Assembly (NCBI GenBank): GCA_964493365.1
Contig: CAZBOE010000008.1
Coordinates: forward strand, 281 to 50,990
DNA: 50,710 nucleotides
Reading direction: 5' to 3'
DNA from: an uncultured Tepidisphaeraceae bacterium
Lineage (GTDB): Bacteria; Planctomycetota; Phycisphaerae; Tepidisphaerales; Tepidisphaeraceae
Both the position numbers and the translations under genes were made by a program. Below, in pieces: positions 35,252-49,121 of this stretch (positions are counted from its first letter, which is position 1; each line of letters opens with the position of its first letter). Under the pieces are notes generated by a model that worked only from the letters and a program-made list of their open reading frames with translations, ran no database searches and was not told the origin of the DNA.

Positions 35252-36178
35252 TTACGCGCCGGCGGAACCCTCTAGTCTCTCCGCCACGCTCTGGACTGCA
35301 AGCCGTCGGTTGATCCGCTTGGCCAGGCCGGCCAGCGTGCGCCCCGGAGACAACTCCACAAACCGCGCCTCGGGCGACGAGCCCACCAGCGCCGTCATCG
35401 TCTGCTCCCAGCGGACAGGGCTGACGATCTGCTGCACCAGCAGCCGCTTGATCTCACCGGTGTCGCTGCCGTGGGCGAGGCCGGTCACGTTGGAATAAAC
35501 CGTCGTCACCGGCGGCCTGAAGTCCACCCTCGCCAGCTCCGCGCCCATGCGGTCTGCGCCGCTCTGCATCAACGCGCTGTGAAACGCCCCGGCCACCTGC
35601 AGGGCGACCGCCTTGAATCCCGCCGCCTCGGCGCCCTTGAGCACGCGCTCGCACGCCGCCTTCGCGCCCGAGACAACAATCTGCCCCGGCGCGTTGAAAT
35701 TCGCCGGCGAGAGCACCTCGCCCTGAGCGTGTTCCCGGCACAACCCGACAATCGCCGCCTCGTCTGCGCCCATGATCGCGACCATGCCGCTGGGCGTCGC
35801 GACGGCGGCTTCCTGCATGTACCTGCCCCGGGCGGCGACCAGCCGAAGGCCGTCTTCGAATCCAAAGACGCCCGCCAGGTGAAGCGCGGTGTATTCGCCC
35901 AGGCTCAGCCCGGCAAAGGCGCTGACGCTGTCACGCGCGATGCCCGCCGCCGCGAAGCTCGCGACACCGCAGGCATACAGCGCGGGCTGGGATACGTCGG
36001 TCTGGTTGAGCTTTTCCTGCGGGCCTGCGAAGCAGGTGGCCGCCAGGTCATACCCCAACACCTCCGACGCGCGGGCGAACAGCGCGCGGGCGTCGGCGGA
36101 CGCATCAAAAACCTCTTTGCCCATGCCGACGGCCTGGGCTCCCTGACCTGGACACAAGATGTATAGCGGACCGGACAT
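35252..36178 (-). CDS. fabD: Malonyl-CoA:ACP transacylase
   Basis: LCPGQGAQAVGMG and GLSLGEY (active-site GxSxG) are present, and the fab cluster context supports the call. The ATG at 36178 was chosen. Confidence 0.9.
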   Translation of the reverse strand: MSGPLYILCPGQGAQAVGMGKEVFDASADARALFARASEVLGYDLAATCFAGPQEKLNQTDVSQPALYACGVASFAAAGIARDSVSAFAGLSLGEYTALHLAGVFGFEDGLRLVAARGRYMQEAAVATPSGMVAIMGADEAAIVGLCREHAQGEVLSPANFNAPGQIVVSGAKAACERVLKGAEAAGFKAVALQVAGAFHSALMQSGADRMGAELARVDFRPPVTTVYSNVTGLAHGSDTGEIKRLLVQQIVSPVRWEQTMTALVGSSPEARFVELSPGRTLAGLAKRINRRLAVQSVAERLEGSAGA

Positions 36179-36241
36179 GTTCGTTGATGATTGGCGGCGG
36201 CTGTGATCACCCACGCCGCGGGGGATTGAATGGTTGCGGGC

Positions 36242-37234
36242 CTACATCCTCACGACCGCGTTGGCCCAGGTGAGCCCGGCGCCGAACGCGACGAACACCG
36301 CCACATCGCCCGCCGACAGCTTGCCCGCCCTCACGGCCTCGTCGAGGGCGATCGGGATCGAGGCGGCCGACGTGTTCCCGTAGCGGTCGATGTTCACATA
36401 GGCCTTCTCGATCGGCAGCCCGAGCTTTTCCATCGCGCTGTCGATGATGCGCTGGTTGACCTGGTGGGGAATGATCAGCTTCACCTGGTCGGCGGTCAGC
36501 TCGCACTTCCGCATGGCGTCGACGATCAGCTCTTCAAACCGCTGGACGGCGAACTTGTAGACCTCGCGCCCGCGGATCTTCATGAACTGGCTGCGCTCTT
36601 CCATCATCTGCGGGCTGACCGGGCAGCGGCTGCCGGGCCCGAGCTTCATCGCCTCGGCGCCGTTGCCGTCGGAATACATCGACGAATAGATCAGCCCCTG
36701 CCGCGGGTCGGTCCCGCGGGAGAAGACCGCGGCGCCGGCGCCGTCGCCGAAGATGATGCAGCTCGTGCGGTCGGTGTAATCGGTCACGCGGCTGAGCGTC
36801 TCGGCGCCGATGACCAGCACGTTCTTATATTGCCCGCAGCGGATGAAGTTGGTGCCGCAGACGCTGGCATAGATGAAGCCCGAGCAGGCCGCCGACAGGT
36901 CAAACGCCGGGCAGCTCGACAGGCCCAGCCCGGCCGCGATGTAACACGCGGTCGAGGGGAAGACCATCTCCGGGGTCGCGGTGGCGGTGACAACCAGGTC
37001 GATATCGCCCGGCGTCAGCCCGGCCGCGTCGATCGCGCGACGGGCGGCGATGATCGCCATCGAGGCGGTGGTTTCGTTTTCCGCCGCGATGCGCCGCTCA
37101 CGGATGCCTGTCCGCTGGACGATCCATTCGTCGTTGGTGTCGACCATCTTCGACAAGTCGTCGTTGGTCAGACGCTTCTCCGGCAGATAGCTGCCGGTGC
37201 CGCTGAGGATGGCCGAATAATTCGACATAGACAT
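36242..37234 (-). CDS. fabH: 3-oxoacyl-[ACP] synthase III
   Basis: ILSGTGSYLPEKRLTNDDL, AACSGF (catalytic Cys) and HQVNQRI...NTSAASIP are present. Confidence 0.9.
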   Translation of the reverse strand: MSMSNYSAILSGTGSYLPEKRLTNDDLSKMVDTNDEWIVQRTGIRERRIAAENETTASMAIIAARRAIDAAGLTPGDIDLVVTATATPEMVFPSTACYIAAGLGLSSCPAFDLSAACSGFIYASVCGTNFIRCGQYKNVLVIGAETLSRVTDYTDRTSCIIFGDGAGAAVFSRGTDPRQGLIYSSMYSDGNGAEAMKLGPGSRCPVSPQMMEERSQFMKIRGREVYKFAVQRFEELIVDAMRKCELTADQVKLIIPHQVNQRIIDSAMEKLGLPIEKAYVNIDRYGNTSAASIPIALDEAVRAGKLSAGDVAVFVAFGAGLTWANAVVRM

Positions 37235-37364
37235 TGGGGCGGGATTCTACACACAACCCGGGCCCGAGGCGCGGGGCCATGCCCGGAGACACCGCGACAC
37301 CCGACTCAGCCGCCCCGGCGACGCGCCCATCATGACCGACGGCGCTCGTCAAACCGCGGTGCGA

Positions 37365-38381
37365 TCAGTCTTCGGTGGGAATGGCCTGAGAAATCGCCTG
37401 GGTGATGGATGCGTTGACATTCAACCTGACCAGCTGCTTGCCGATGCGAATGGCGTTCATGATCGCACGGGCTTCCGAACGGCCGTGGGCGATCAGGCAA
37501 TAGCCGTCGACACCCAGCAGCGGGGCGCCGCCGTGCTCCTGCCAGTCGTGCTTGGCGTAAATCTCGCCCAGCACAGGCTTGATCTGAGCCAGCAGCGCCG
37601 GGTCTCTCTCGGCCGCGCCCTTCGCGATCGCCTTGAACAGCCCCTCGGCCATGCCCTCGGCCGCCTTGAGCACGACGTTGCCGGTGAAGCCGTCGGTGAC
37701 CACGACATCGACCACGCCGCGGAAGAGGTCTTTGCCCTCGACGTTGCCGATGAAGTTGATGCTCGGCTCGTCACGCAGCAGCGAGCGCGACGTCTTGACC
37801 GACGTGCTGCCCTTCGACTCTTCCTCGCCGATCGACAGCAGGCCGACGCGCGGGTTGGCGATACCCAGCACCGCCCGGGCATAGGCGATCGACATCAGGG
37901 CATATTGCTGATAATGCTTGGGTTTGGGGGCGACGTTGGCACCCACGTCGCAGATCACCACCGGCCCGAACAGCGTCGGCATGAGCACCGCGATGCCCGG
38001 CCTGGCCACCCCCGGCAGCAGTCTCATCCGCAGTTGGGCGGCCGCCACGCAGGCGCCGGTGTTGCCCGCCGAGATCACCACATCGGCCTCGCCCTTGGAG
38101 GCCATCTTGCACATGACGCAGATCGACGAATCGGGTTTGCCCCTGACCGCCTCGACGGGCGGTTCGTCCATCGCGATCACCTGCGTGGTCGGGACGACGT
38201 TGTAGTGCTGTTTCTGCTGGTCGGTGAGGCCCGAGGCGGCCAGGCCTTCGCGGCAGACCTGCTCGTCGCCCAGGAGATGAACGACGTCGCCCGGTTCAAG
38301 CAGCGGCGCGGCATCCCAGCATCCCTGAAGGATCACTTTGGGGGCGTAATCACCGCCCATTACATCGACCGCAACGCGCAC
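37365..38381 (-). CDS. plsX: Phosphate:acyl-ACP acyltransferase PlsX
   Basis: MRVAVDVMGGDYAP, SAGNTGA and GFTGNVVLK are typical PlsX motifs. Confidence 0.9.
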   Translation of the reverse strand: MRVAVDVMGGDYAPKVILQGCWDAAPLLEPGDVVHLLGDEQVCREGLAASGLTDQQKQHYNVVPTTQVIAMDEPPVEAVRGKPDSSICVMCKMASKGEADVVISAGNTGACVAAAQLRMRLLPGVARPGIAVLMPTLFGPVVICDVGANVAPKPKHYQQYALMSIAYARAVLGIANPRVGLLSIGEEESKGSTSVKTSRSLLRDEPSINFIGNVEGKDLFRGVVDVVVTDGFTGNVVLKAAEGMAEGLFKAIAKGAAERDPALLAQIKPVLGEIYAKHDWQEHGGAPLLGVDGYCLIAHGRSEARAIMNAIRIGKQLVRLNVNASITQAISQAIPTED

Positions 38382-38472
38382 CAGTCAGACTCCTGCCCGA
38401 TAGGGATTGGAGGAAGGTCGGATCAGCGACCCAGCCGCATGCTGTTGTCGCACGCCGCACGATGAGGCGCGG

Positions 38473-38658
38473 TCAGGCCTGCTCGGACTGGGTGGGCACC
38501 GCGAGCTGAGGATTGACAAAGCCACAGTTGCCACACGCCGCGTGGGGCAGCTTGGCGTTGCCGCACTGAGCGCAACGGACGTAATGAATGGGCGTCAGGG
38601 CGTGGTGCGAACGGCGCTTCCGCTTGCGCGACTTGCTGGTCTTCTGGACGGGCTGCAT
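38473..38658 (-). CDS. rpmF: 50S ribosomal protein L32
   Basis: [21 protein letters not shown]...C.QCG...H..C..CG carries the L32 zinc-ribbon pattern. Its position upstream of plsX is the canonical arrangement. Confidence 0.9.
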   Translation of the reverse strand: MQPVQKTSKSRKRKRRSHHALTPIHYVRCAQCGNAKLPHAACGNCGFVNPQLAVPTQSEQA

Positions 38659-38787
38659 GACTGGTCACTCCTGCGCCGCGGAGAATTTCACCCGAGCGCA
38701 AATCGCCTTAAAGCTCTGAAAAGGCATGACTTAATGTTGATCCCGCGGGCAAGGCGGCTGCCCGCCACCCTTGGGACAAGGGAGCGG

Positions 38788-38816
38788 ACGATAAAACAGC
38801 GTTGCCGGATTGTCAA
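38788..38816 (-). promoter_or_regulatory. Sigma-70-like promoter candidate for rpmF-plsX-fab (TTGACA-17 nt-TATCGT)
   Basis: The minus-strand reads TTGACA ATCCGGCAACGCTGTTT TATCGT, about 125 nt upstream of the rpmF ATG. Confidence 0.55.
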
Positions 38817-38996
38817 GCACGAGCAAGCCCCGCCGCCGCCCGGGCATCCTGCCCCCGACCGACCGGCCTGCCGTGACGGTCGCCCGATCGGGCGGCGACC
38901 CGCTCCCGCCGCACCACGCCGGCTCGGCTTGACTCTAATCCAAGTCAATCTAGACTGTCGGACTCGACACGCGGAGCGATCCGCGGGCTCGACGCC

Positions 38997-39078
38997 GCGG
39001 CCGTGGCGGAATTGGCAGACGCGCTAGATTCAGGTTCTAGTGAGGCAACTCGTGCTGGTTCGACTCCAGTCGGCCGCA
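38997..39078 (+). tRNA. tRNA-Leu (anticodon CAG), class II with a long variable arm; CCA not encoded
   Basis: The acceptor stem is GCGGCCG/CGGCCGC plus discriminator A. The anticodon stem is CTAGA/TCTAG with loop TTCAGGT. The variable arm is GAGGCAACTC and the T-loop is GGTTCGACTCC. Confidence 0.9.
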
Positions 39079-39085
39079 GTCGTTC

Positions 39086-39118
39086 AAACCCCCGATCAAC
39101 TCGGGGGTTTCTTCTTTT
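39086..39118 (+). terminator. Intrinsic terminator after tRNA-Leu
   Basis: AAACCCCCGA-tcaac-TCGGGGGTTT is followed by CTTCTTTT. Confidence 0.75.
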
Positions 39119-39305
39119 CCGACCGGCCTGATCCTGCCTGACGCGCGGCACGCTGCCCTGTGCACGACATCGCCGACGCGCCCTCTTCCGGCGTGCCTCC
39201 CGGTGTGGGCCGTTATCGGCGCGGAGGTCCCGTCGCGGCGTTTCCGGCGCTACCCGCGGCGGTCCACGTCCGGCTTGTCCTCTACGGCCCGCTGTGACCG
39301 GTCTT

Positions 39306-41009
<1,704 letters not shown>

Positions 41010-41191
41010 CGCAAGGTGGGTTTGGTATCCGCCCGGAACAACGGGCTCACGGCTCAACTTACGCCTTGTTCGAGCCAGTCCAAGTGAGGGACGGAAGATT
41101 ATCCAACACATCTCTAAACCCTAAACTGCCGGTGTGTTTTCGCTGACCGATCGCTAACTCCGGCCGACCTGCTCGCCCGCACGACCGACAC

Positions 41192-41228
41192 GAAAAGAAA
41201 AGACCGCCCGGAGTTTGTCCGGGCGGCC
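41192..41228 (-). terminator. Intrinsic terminator downstream of ppdK
   Basis: The minus-strand reads GGCCGCCCGGA-CAAAC-UCCGGGCGGUC followed by UUUUCUUUUC. Confidence 0.8.
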
Positions 41229-41258
41229 TGGGTTGATCTCTGCCTGGGTTGATCTCTG
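41227..41258. repeat. Exact 16-nt tandem duplication (cctgggttgatctctg x2)
   Basis: Direct reading. It lies between the ppdK stop and its terminator. Confidence 0.9.
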
Positions 41259-41293
41259 CCTGTCCGGCCGACGATCTCGGCCTGTGGGACGGG

Positions 41294-44035
<2,742 letters not shown>

Positions 44036-44281
44036 ATGTGGCGATCCTCACGCCCAGTTTTTATCGCGACGGCAGGGCACGCCGACTCGTCTGCAGGATT
44101 CGAGCGAAGGAGGAAAAGCAGGGGTAGCGCCGCGGCTCCGGCCGCGCTGGCCAAACGTCAACACCCGCTCGACTGTTGGAAGAACCCGACCCGTCTCTCA
44201 AGCCTGCATTGTTCCCGCAGGCCCGTCGAACACACACGCTGTCAGGCACACTCTCCACCTTCGCCGGCGAAAGAGGGTCAG

Positions 44282-44310
44282 AATATAGGAACCCCCGAAA
44301 ATTGTGTCAA
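44282..44310 (-). promoter_or_regulatory. Strong sigma-70-like promoter candidate (TTGACA-17 nt-TATATT) about 240 nt upstream of ppdK
   Basis: The minus-strand reads TTGACA CAATTTTCGGGGGTTCC TATATT. Confidence 0.55.
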
Positions 44311-44460
44311 TTTATGGGGGTTGGCCGGGGGCCGGCCGATCCCGACCGATACCCCGCCCAGCATCGGGAAAAACCCCGCCTGATCGCCACCCGATCGCCG
44401 CCCTGGCCCGGGCGAAATCCGCGAACCAGAGACGCCCCCGTCGATACGGGTCCGGGCCTG

Positions 44461-45801
44461 TCACCTCACCGCCACGCTCACCACCGTCGCACGATCGACC
44501 CGCACGGGCAGCGTCGCCAGCAGCGCGCCGCTGGGCAGGCGCGCCGTGTCGGTGACCAGCTGGCCTTCGACGGTCACGACCGCTTCACCCTCGGGCAGCC
44601 CCGCGATCTCGAGCACAGGTCGCGCCATTGCGCTGCCGGCAGGACGAAGCACCACCGTCGCCCGGCCCGCGGTGACTGTCAGCCGATACGAGCCTGTCAG
44701 TTCGTTGTAACCGTCGTGATTCGCGTCGCCCGGCGTGAGGCGCTCGACGCGGCCCTGGTCTTCTTGAATATCGACCGTCGCCGGCTGGGCGTGACCCGTC
44801 GCCAGCGCGTTGCCATCTCTCGCGACGGCCGAACGCACGCCGCCGTTCTCATACACCCGCCCGTCGCGGTAGATCACCATGACACTGCCCGATCGCTCGA
44901 GGATCACCCGCATCGGTCCGGCTTCGCGGCGCGTCCACCCGCCGGGCAGGTCAGGGCCGGGCAAGACCAGCAGAAACCGCCCCGGCACACCGGCAAAAAC
45001 CCGCTGCCCCCGCACAAACGCAATCAGGTCGCCGCCAACACCGGCAGCCCCAGATCCCGCCGACCCGAAGGCCGTATGGACATCAGGCGACACACCCTGC
45101 GGTGCCCCGCGCGACTCTCTTTGCGACACGCCGTGCGACACGTCATCCGAGTGCCCGGCCGTCCACAGTTCACCATCTTCGACCAGCGCGACGTCGTCCA
45201 CGCGGAGCCCCCGCGCCGGCGGATCGATCACCAGTTGCAGCCCCGGCGCGCCCTGCGGCGGTTGCGCCCCCGCGGTCGGCGAAAACAGCTCGGTGGCGAG
45301 CGCCGTCCAGCTTCCCGGCGTCAGCGGCACCGACCGATCGCTGATCACGGCCCCGTCGACAGAAAACACAAGCCGTGCCGTCGTGGGCGTGTCGGTCCAC
45401 ACGCGCATCTCGGCCAGCGTCCACCTTCCGGGAAACGATCGCCCGCGCACGAGCGAGTCGAGATTGATGCTGACCGTGCGCGCCGTGTCGTCGACGGCCA
45501 GCGAAGACGATCCGCCGAACGCATTGCGGTTGTCCGCCCGGGCCGGCTGTCGACCCCCGGTGCGGACAAACAGCAGATCGTCGGGCCCTTCAAACCCCAG
45601 CAGCACCTGCCTGACCGCCGTCCGCGGAAAGCCCGCGGCGACGGTATCGCCCAGTATGCCCATCTCGGCGAGGGTGACCGGCGTCCGTCCGGACGGTCGG
45701 CCCGCGCCGCTCGCCTCGACCGGCGAACGCCCGGCTCCGCAGGCCGACAGCAGCAACATGCCTGCAACCGTCATCAACGTCAGCAGTATCCGCGCGTGCA
45801 T
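44461..45801 (-). CDS. Hypothetical lipoprotein (no recognisable domain)
   Basis: MHARILLTLMTVAGMLLLSAC is a lipobox-type signal (LSAC), and the rest has a beta-rich composition. The ATG at 45801 was chosen within the longer ORF. Confidence 0.6.
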   Translation of the reverse strand: MHARILLTLMTVAGMLLLSACGAGRSPVEASGAGRPSGRTPVTLAEMGILGDTVAAGFPRTAVRQVLLGFEGPDDLLFVRTGGRQPARADNRNAFGGSSSLAVDDTARTVSINLDSLVRGRSFPGRWTLAEMRVWTDTPTTARLVFSVDGAVISDRSVPLTPGSWTALATELFSPTAGAQPPQGAPGLQLVIDPPARGLRVDDVALVEDGELWTAGHSDDVSHGVSQRESRGAPQGVSPDVHTAFGSAGSGAAGVGGDLIAFVRGQRVFAGVPGRFLLVLPGPDLPGGWTRREAGPMRVILERSGSVMVIYRDGRVYENGGVRSAVARDGNALATGHAQPATVDIQEDQGRVERLTPGDANHDGYNELTGSYRLTVTAGRATVVLRPAGSAMARPVLEIAGLPEGEAVVTVEGQLVTDTARLPSGALLATLPVRVDRATVVSVAVR

Positions 45802-45964
45802 GCCTGACAACCTAAGGTCGCGCCCGCCGGCCGCAAAGCAGGCGATCATCCGGCAATCGGCCCGCCCCGGGCGGCGTCATCGCGGCGCTTCTTTCCTGCA
45901 CACGCCCGCCACCGGCCGGTATACTCCCGCGCTGGTCATTCCCCAGATTCGAACGGAGCCCCTG

Positions 45965-47257
45965 ATGCACACGACCCGCGCTTGTCCCCTCGCCCTTGCC
46001 GTCATCGCGGCTGCGGTGTTTGCCGCGTCGCCCGCCTACGCCCAGCTCGGCCGAGCGATGGAGCAGGCGACCGGTGTCGCCGCGGGGCAGACCCCCGAGC
46101 AGCAGCGCGCCGCCGAGCCGGCTCGCCGCGCCGAGGAAGTCTCGAAGATCATGACCGAGAGCACCGTCGCCAAGGCGCAGGCCGTGCTCGGGCGGGCCCA
46201 GGCGTTCCTCAGGAGCCAGCAAAAGGAAGACGGCGGCTGGGCATCCGACCGCGAGCCGCCGGCCATCACCGCGCTGGTCGTCCGCGGCTTTGCACGCGAC
46301 CCCAACTTCGGCATCAAGACCGATTTCGTCTCCAGGGGCTATGACCGCCTGCTGACCTTCCAACTCGCCGACGGCGGCATCTATCGCGACCTGCTCGCCA
46401 ACTACAACACCGCCATCGCCATCAGCGCCCTGGCGGCGGCCGACGAGCCGAAGTTCAAGCCCCAGATCGACAAGGCCGTGGCTTATCTCCGGTCGATCCA
46501 GTGGTCTGATCAGACCGGCCCGGGCCCCAAGGGTGAAACCGTCACGGGCAAAGACCATCCGTGGTATGGCGGCTGGGGCTACGGCAACAACTCGCGCCCC
46601 GACGGCTCCAACCTCAACCTCGCGATGGACGCCCTTCACGACGCCGGCCTCTCGCCCGACGACCCGGCCTATCAACGCGCGCTGGTCTTCATCACCCGCA
46701 TGCAGAACAACTCCGAGACCAACGACCAGCCGTGGGCAAGCAACGACGGCGGCTTCGCCTACACCCCCGCGCGCAACGGCGAATCGATGGCCGGCGACTA
46801 CACCACGCCCGAGGGCGACCGTCGGCTGCGGTCTTACGGCTCGATGACCTATGCCGGGCTTAAGTCGATGATCTACGCCGGGCTGACCAGGGAAGACCCG
46901 CGCGTGAAGGCCGCGTGGGCCTGGATCACCCGCCACTGGACGCTGGACGAAAACCCCGGCATGTCGGCCATGGGCCCCGAACAGGCCAAGTCGGGCCTCT
47001 ATTACTACTACATGACCCTCGCCCGGGCGCTCCACGCATACGACCAGCCGGTGATCGTGACCGACACCGGCTCATCCCACGACTGGCGTGTCGAACTCAT
47101 CGACAAGCTGGCAACCCTGCAGAATGAAGACGGTTCATTCAAAGGTGAGTCGCGCTGGATGGAAGCCAACCCCATCCTCGTCACCGCCTACATCGTTGAT
47201 GCACTGCAGCAGACGCTGGCTGACCTGAAGGAACACCCCGTCAAGCCGGTCGAGTAA
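45965..47257 (+). CDS. Secreted prenyltransferase/squalene oxidase repeat-containing protein (terpenoid cyclase-like alpha/alpha toroid fold)
   Basis: The signal peptide is MHTTRACPLALAVIAAAVFAASPAYA. Repeated QxxDGGW-type motifs are present (QKEDGGWAS, LADGGIY, WYGGWGY, NDGGFAY, NEDGSFKG). The ATG at 45965 was chosen within a 792-aa ORF. Confidence 0.7.
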   Translation: MHTTRACPLALAVIAAAVFAASPAYAQLGRAMEQATGVAAGQTPEQQRAAEPARRAEEVSKIMTESTVAKAQAVLGRAQAFLRSQQKEDGGWASDREPPAITALVVRGFARDPNFGIKTDFVSRGYDRLLTFQLADGGIYRDLLANYNTAIAISALAAADEPKFKPQIDKAVAYLRSIQWSDQTGPGPKGETVTGKDHPWYGGWGYGNNSRPDGSNLNLAMDALHDAGLSPDDPAYQRALVFITRMQNNSETNDQPWASNDGGFAYTPARNGESMAGDYTTPEGDRRLRSYGSMTYAGLKSMIYAGLTREDPRVKAAWAWITRHWTLDENPGMSAMGPEQAKSGLYYYYMTLARALHAYDQPVIVTDTGSSHDWRVELIDKLATLQNEDGSFKGESRWMEANPILVTAYIVDALQQTLADLKEHPVKPVE

Positions 47258-47458
47258 TGGCGGAGTAAAGGCGGAGTGAATCGAACCGGCGTCGACAGGC
47301 CTGCTGCAGCTCGCCTTCACACCCCTCGGCGGATGCGTCAGCCACCGATCGCCGCATGGCCACCGATCGGATGGCACCGACCCGCGCACAGACCCCGACC
47401 GGCGTCGGCCGCGGGCCTCGGCACGGCCGCTGATCTGTGCCACGCCGCCGACCCTTTC

Positions 47459-48925
47459 TCAGACCGTCTCGGCGAGCAGCTCGAGTCGCGGCAGGTCGCT
47501 GTGGCCCATGAGGTCTTCGTCGACGCACCGCGCGGCCTGACGCCCTTCGCTGATCGCCCACACCACCAGCGACGCCCCGCGCCGCGCATCGCCCGCGGCA
47601 TAGACGCCCTTGGCGCTCGTGCGGTAGCAGTCGTCAACCTTGATGTTGCCCCGCGAATCGACCTCGAGCCCCAGTTGCTGAATCGGCCCGTCGGCCTCGG
47701 GTCCCGCAAAGCCGATGGCCAGCAGGCACAGGTCGCACGGCAGGTCAAACTCGCTGCCCGGCACTTCGCGGCTTTTCTTCTTGCCGCCCGGCAGAAACTC
47801 CCACTCGACGCGCACGAACCGCACCGCCGTCAGCTCGCCCTTGTCGTTGCCCACAAACGCCTTGGTCACCACAGACCACTCGCGCCCGCCGCCTTCTTCA
47901 TGGGCGGCCGACGGCTTGTACGTCGCCGGCCAATAGGGCCAAGGGTTGTCGGTCTTGCGCGCCTCGGGCGGCTGCGGATAAAGGTTGATCTGCGTGACCG
48001 AAGCCGCCTTCTGCCGGTGGGCGGTGCCGAGGCAGTCGGCCGCGGTGTCGCCCGAACCGATGATGATCACATGCTTGCCCGTGGCGCTGATGTGCTGCTC
48101 TTCGAAAATCTGATCGCCCAGGTTGAGCTTGGTCGGCTGGGGCAGGTAGTTCATCGCCAGGTGAATGCCGCTCAGCTCGCGGCCGGGAATGTCCAGCTCG
48201 CGCGCCTTGCACGCCCCTACCGCCAGCACGACCGCGTCAAAGTCGCGGCGAAGGTCATCGACCGCCACATTGACGCCGATATTGGCATGACAGCGAATCT
48301 CGATGCCCTCCTGCTTGAGGATCTCGATCCGCTTGGTCACCACATTCTTGTCAATCTTGAAGTCGGGGATGCCGTAGAGCATCAGCCCGCCCGGCCGGTC
48401 GCTCCGCTCAAACACGGTGACGCTGTGGCCGGCGGTATTGAGCTGCTGCGCCGCGGCCAGCCCTGCCGGGCCCGAGCCGATCACCGCCACCTTCTTGCCC
48501 GTCCGCTTCGTCGGCGGGTTGGGCTTGATCCAGCCCTCCTGAAAGCCCCGGTCGGCGATCGCCTGCTCGATCGACTTGATCGTCACCGCCTTGTCGGTGA
48601 TCTGCAGCACGCACGCCTCTTCACACGGCGCCGGGCAGATGCGCCCCGTCCATTCGGGGAAGTTGTTTGTGCTCAGCAGGCTGTCGAGCGCCTCCTGCCA
48701 GCGGCCGCGGTAGACCAGGTCGTTCCAGTCCGGAATCTTGTTGCCCAGCGGGCAGCCGTTGTTGCAGAACGGCACGCCGCAGTCCATGCACCGCGCCGCC
48801 TGCTCCTTGAGCTTGGGCTCGGACAGCGGCATGTAGACCTCGTCCCAGTCGAGCACGCGCAGCTCCACCGGCCGGCGGATCGGATTCTCTCGCTTGAACT
48901 CTTTGAAACCTGTCGGCTTGCCCAT
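47459..48925 (-). CDS. gltD: Glutamate synthase (NADPH) small subunit
   Basis: MGKPTGFKEF...CMDCGVPFC...CPLGNKIPDWN carries the Fe-S cluster motifs, VAVIGSGPAGLAAA is the FAD/NAD-binding motif, and GDARRGASLVVWAI is also present. Confidence 0.9.
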   Translation of the reverse strand: MGKPTGFKEFKRENPIRRPVELRVLDWDEVYMPLSEPKLKEQAARCMDCGVPFCNNGCPLGNKIPDWNDLVYRGRWQEALDSLLSTNNFPEWTGRICPAPCEEACVLQITDKAVTIKSIEQAIADRGFQEGWIKPNPPTKRTGKKVAVIGSGPAGLAAAQQLNTAGHSVTVFERSDRPGGLMLYGIPDFKIDKNVVTKRIEILKQEGIEIRCHANIGVNVAVDDLRRDFDAVVLAVGACKARELDIPGRELSGIHLAMNYLPQPTKLNLGDQIFEEQHISATGKHVIIIGSGDTAADCLGTAHRQKAASVTQINLYPQPPEARKTDNPWPYWPATYKPSAAHEEGGGREWSVVTKAFVGNDKGELTAVRFVRVEWEFLPGGKKKSREVPGSEFDLPCDLCLLAIGFAGPEADGPIQQLGLEVDSRGNIKVDDCYRTSAKGVYAAGDARRGASLVVWAISEGRQAARCVDEDLMGHSDLPRLELLAETV

Positions 48926-49121
48926 GGCTCTTGTCTCTCTCCGCTCTTGCTTGTTGTGCAACTCAAACGGCAGCATCGCAATCAAGGCTGCCTGCACTGG
49001 CGCTCGCTAGGACGGCTCTCGCAACCGGCGCCATCCATACCGACGCCGTCGAACCCGGCGAGCCTTGCTTCGGCGCCTCCGAATCCCGCGCCGCCGAATC
49101 CCTGGCGCCGGTCACCGCCGG

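Noticed and set aside
38688-38948. An 86-aa minus-strand ORF in the position where yceD (DUF177) is usually found upstream of rpmF.
   Set aside because: The translation (Arg/Gly/Ala-rich) does not resemble DUF177. A good TTGACA-17-TATCGT promoter lies inside it, so the region is more likely the rpmF promoter and leader. yceD appears to be absent from this locus.
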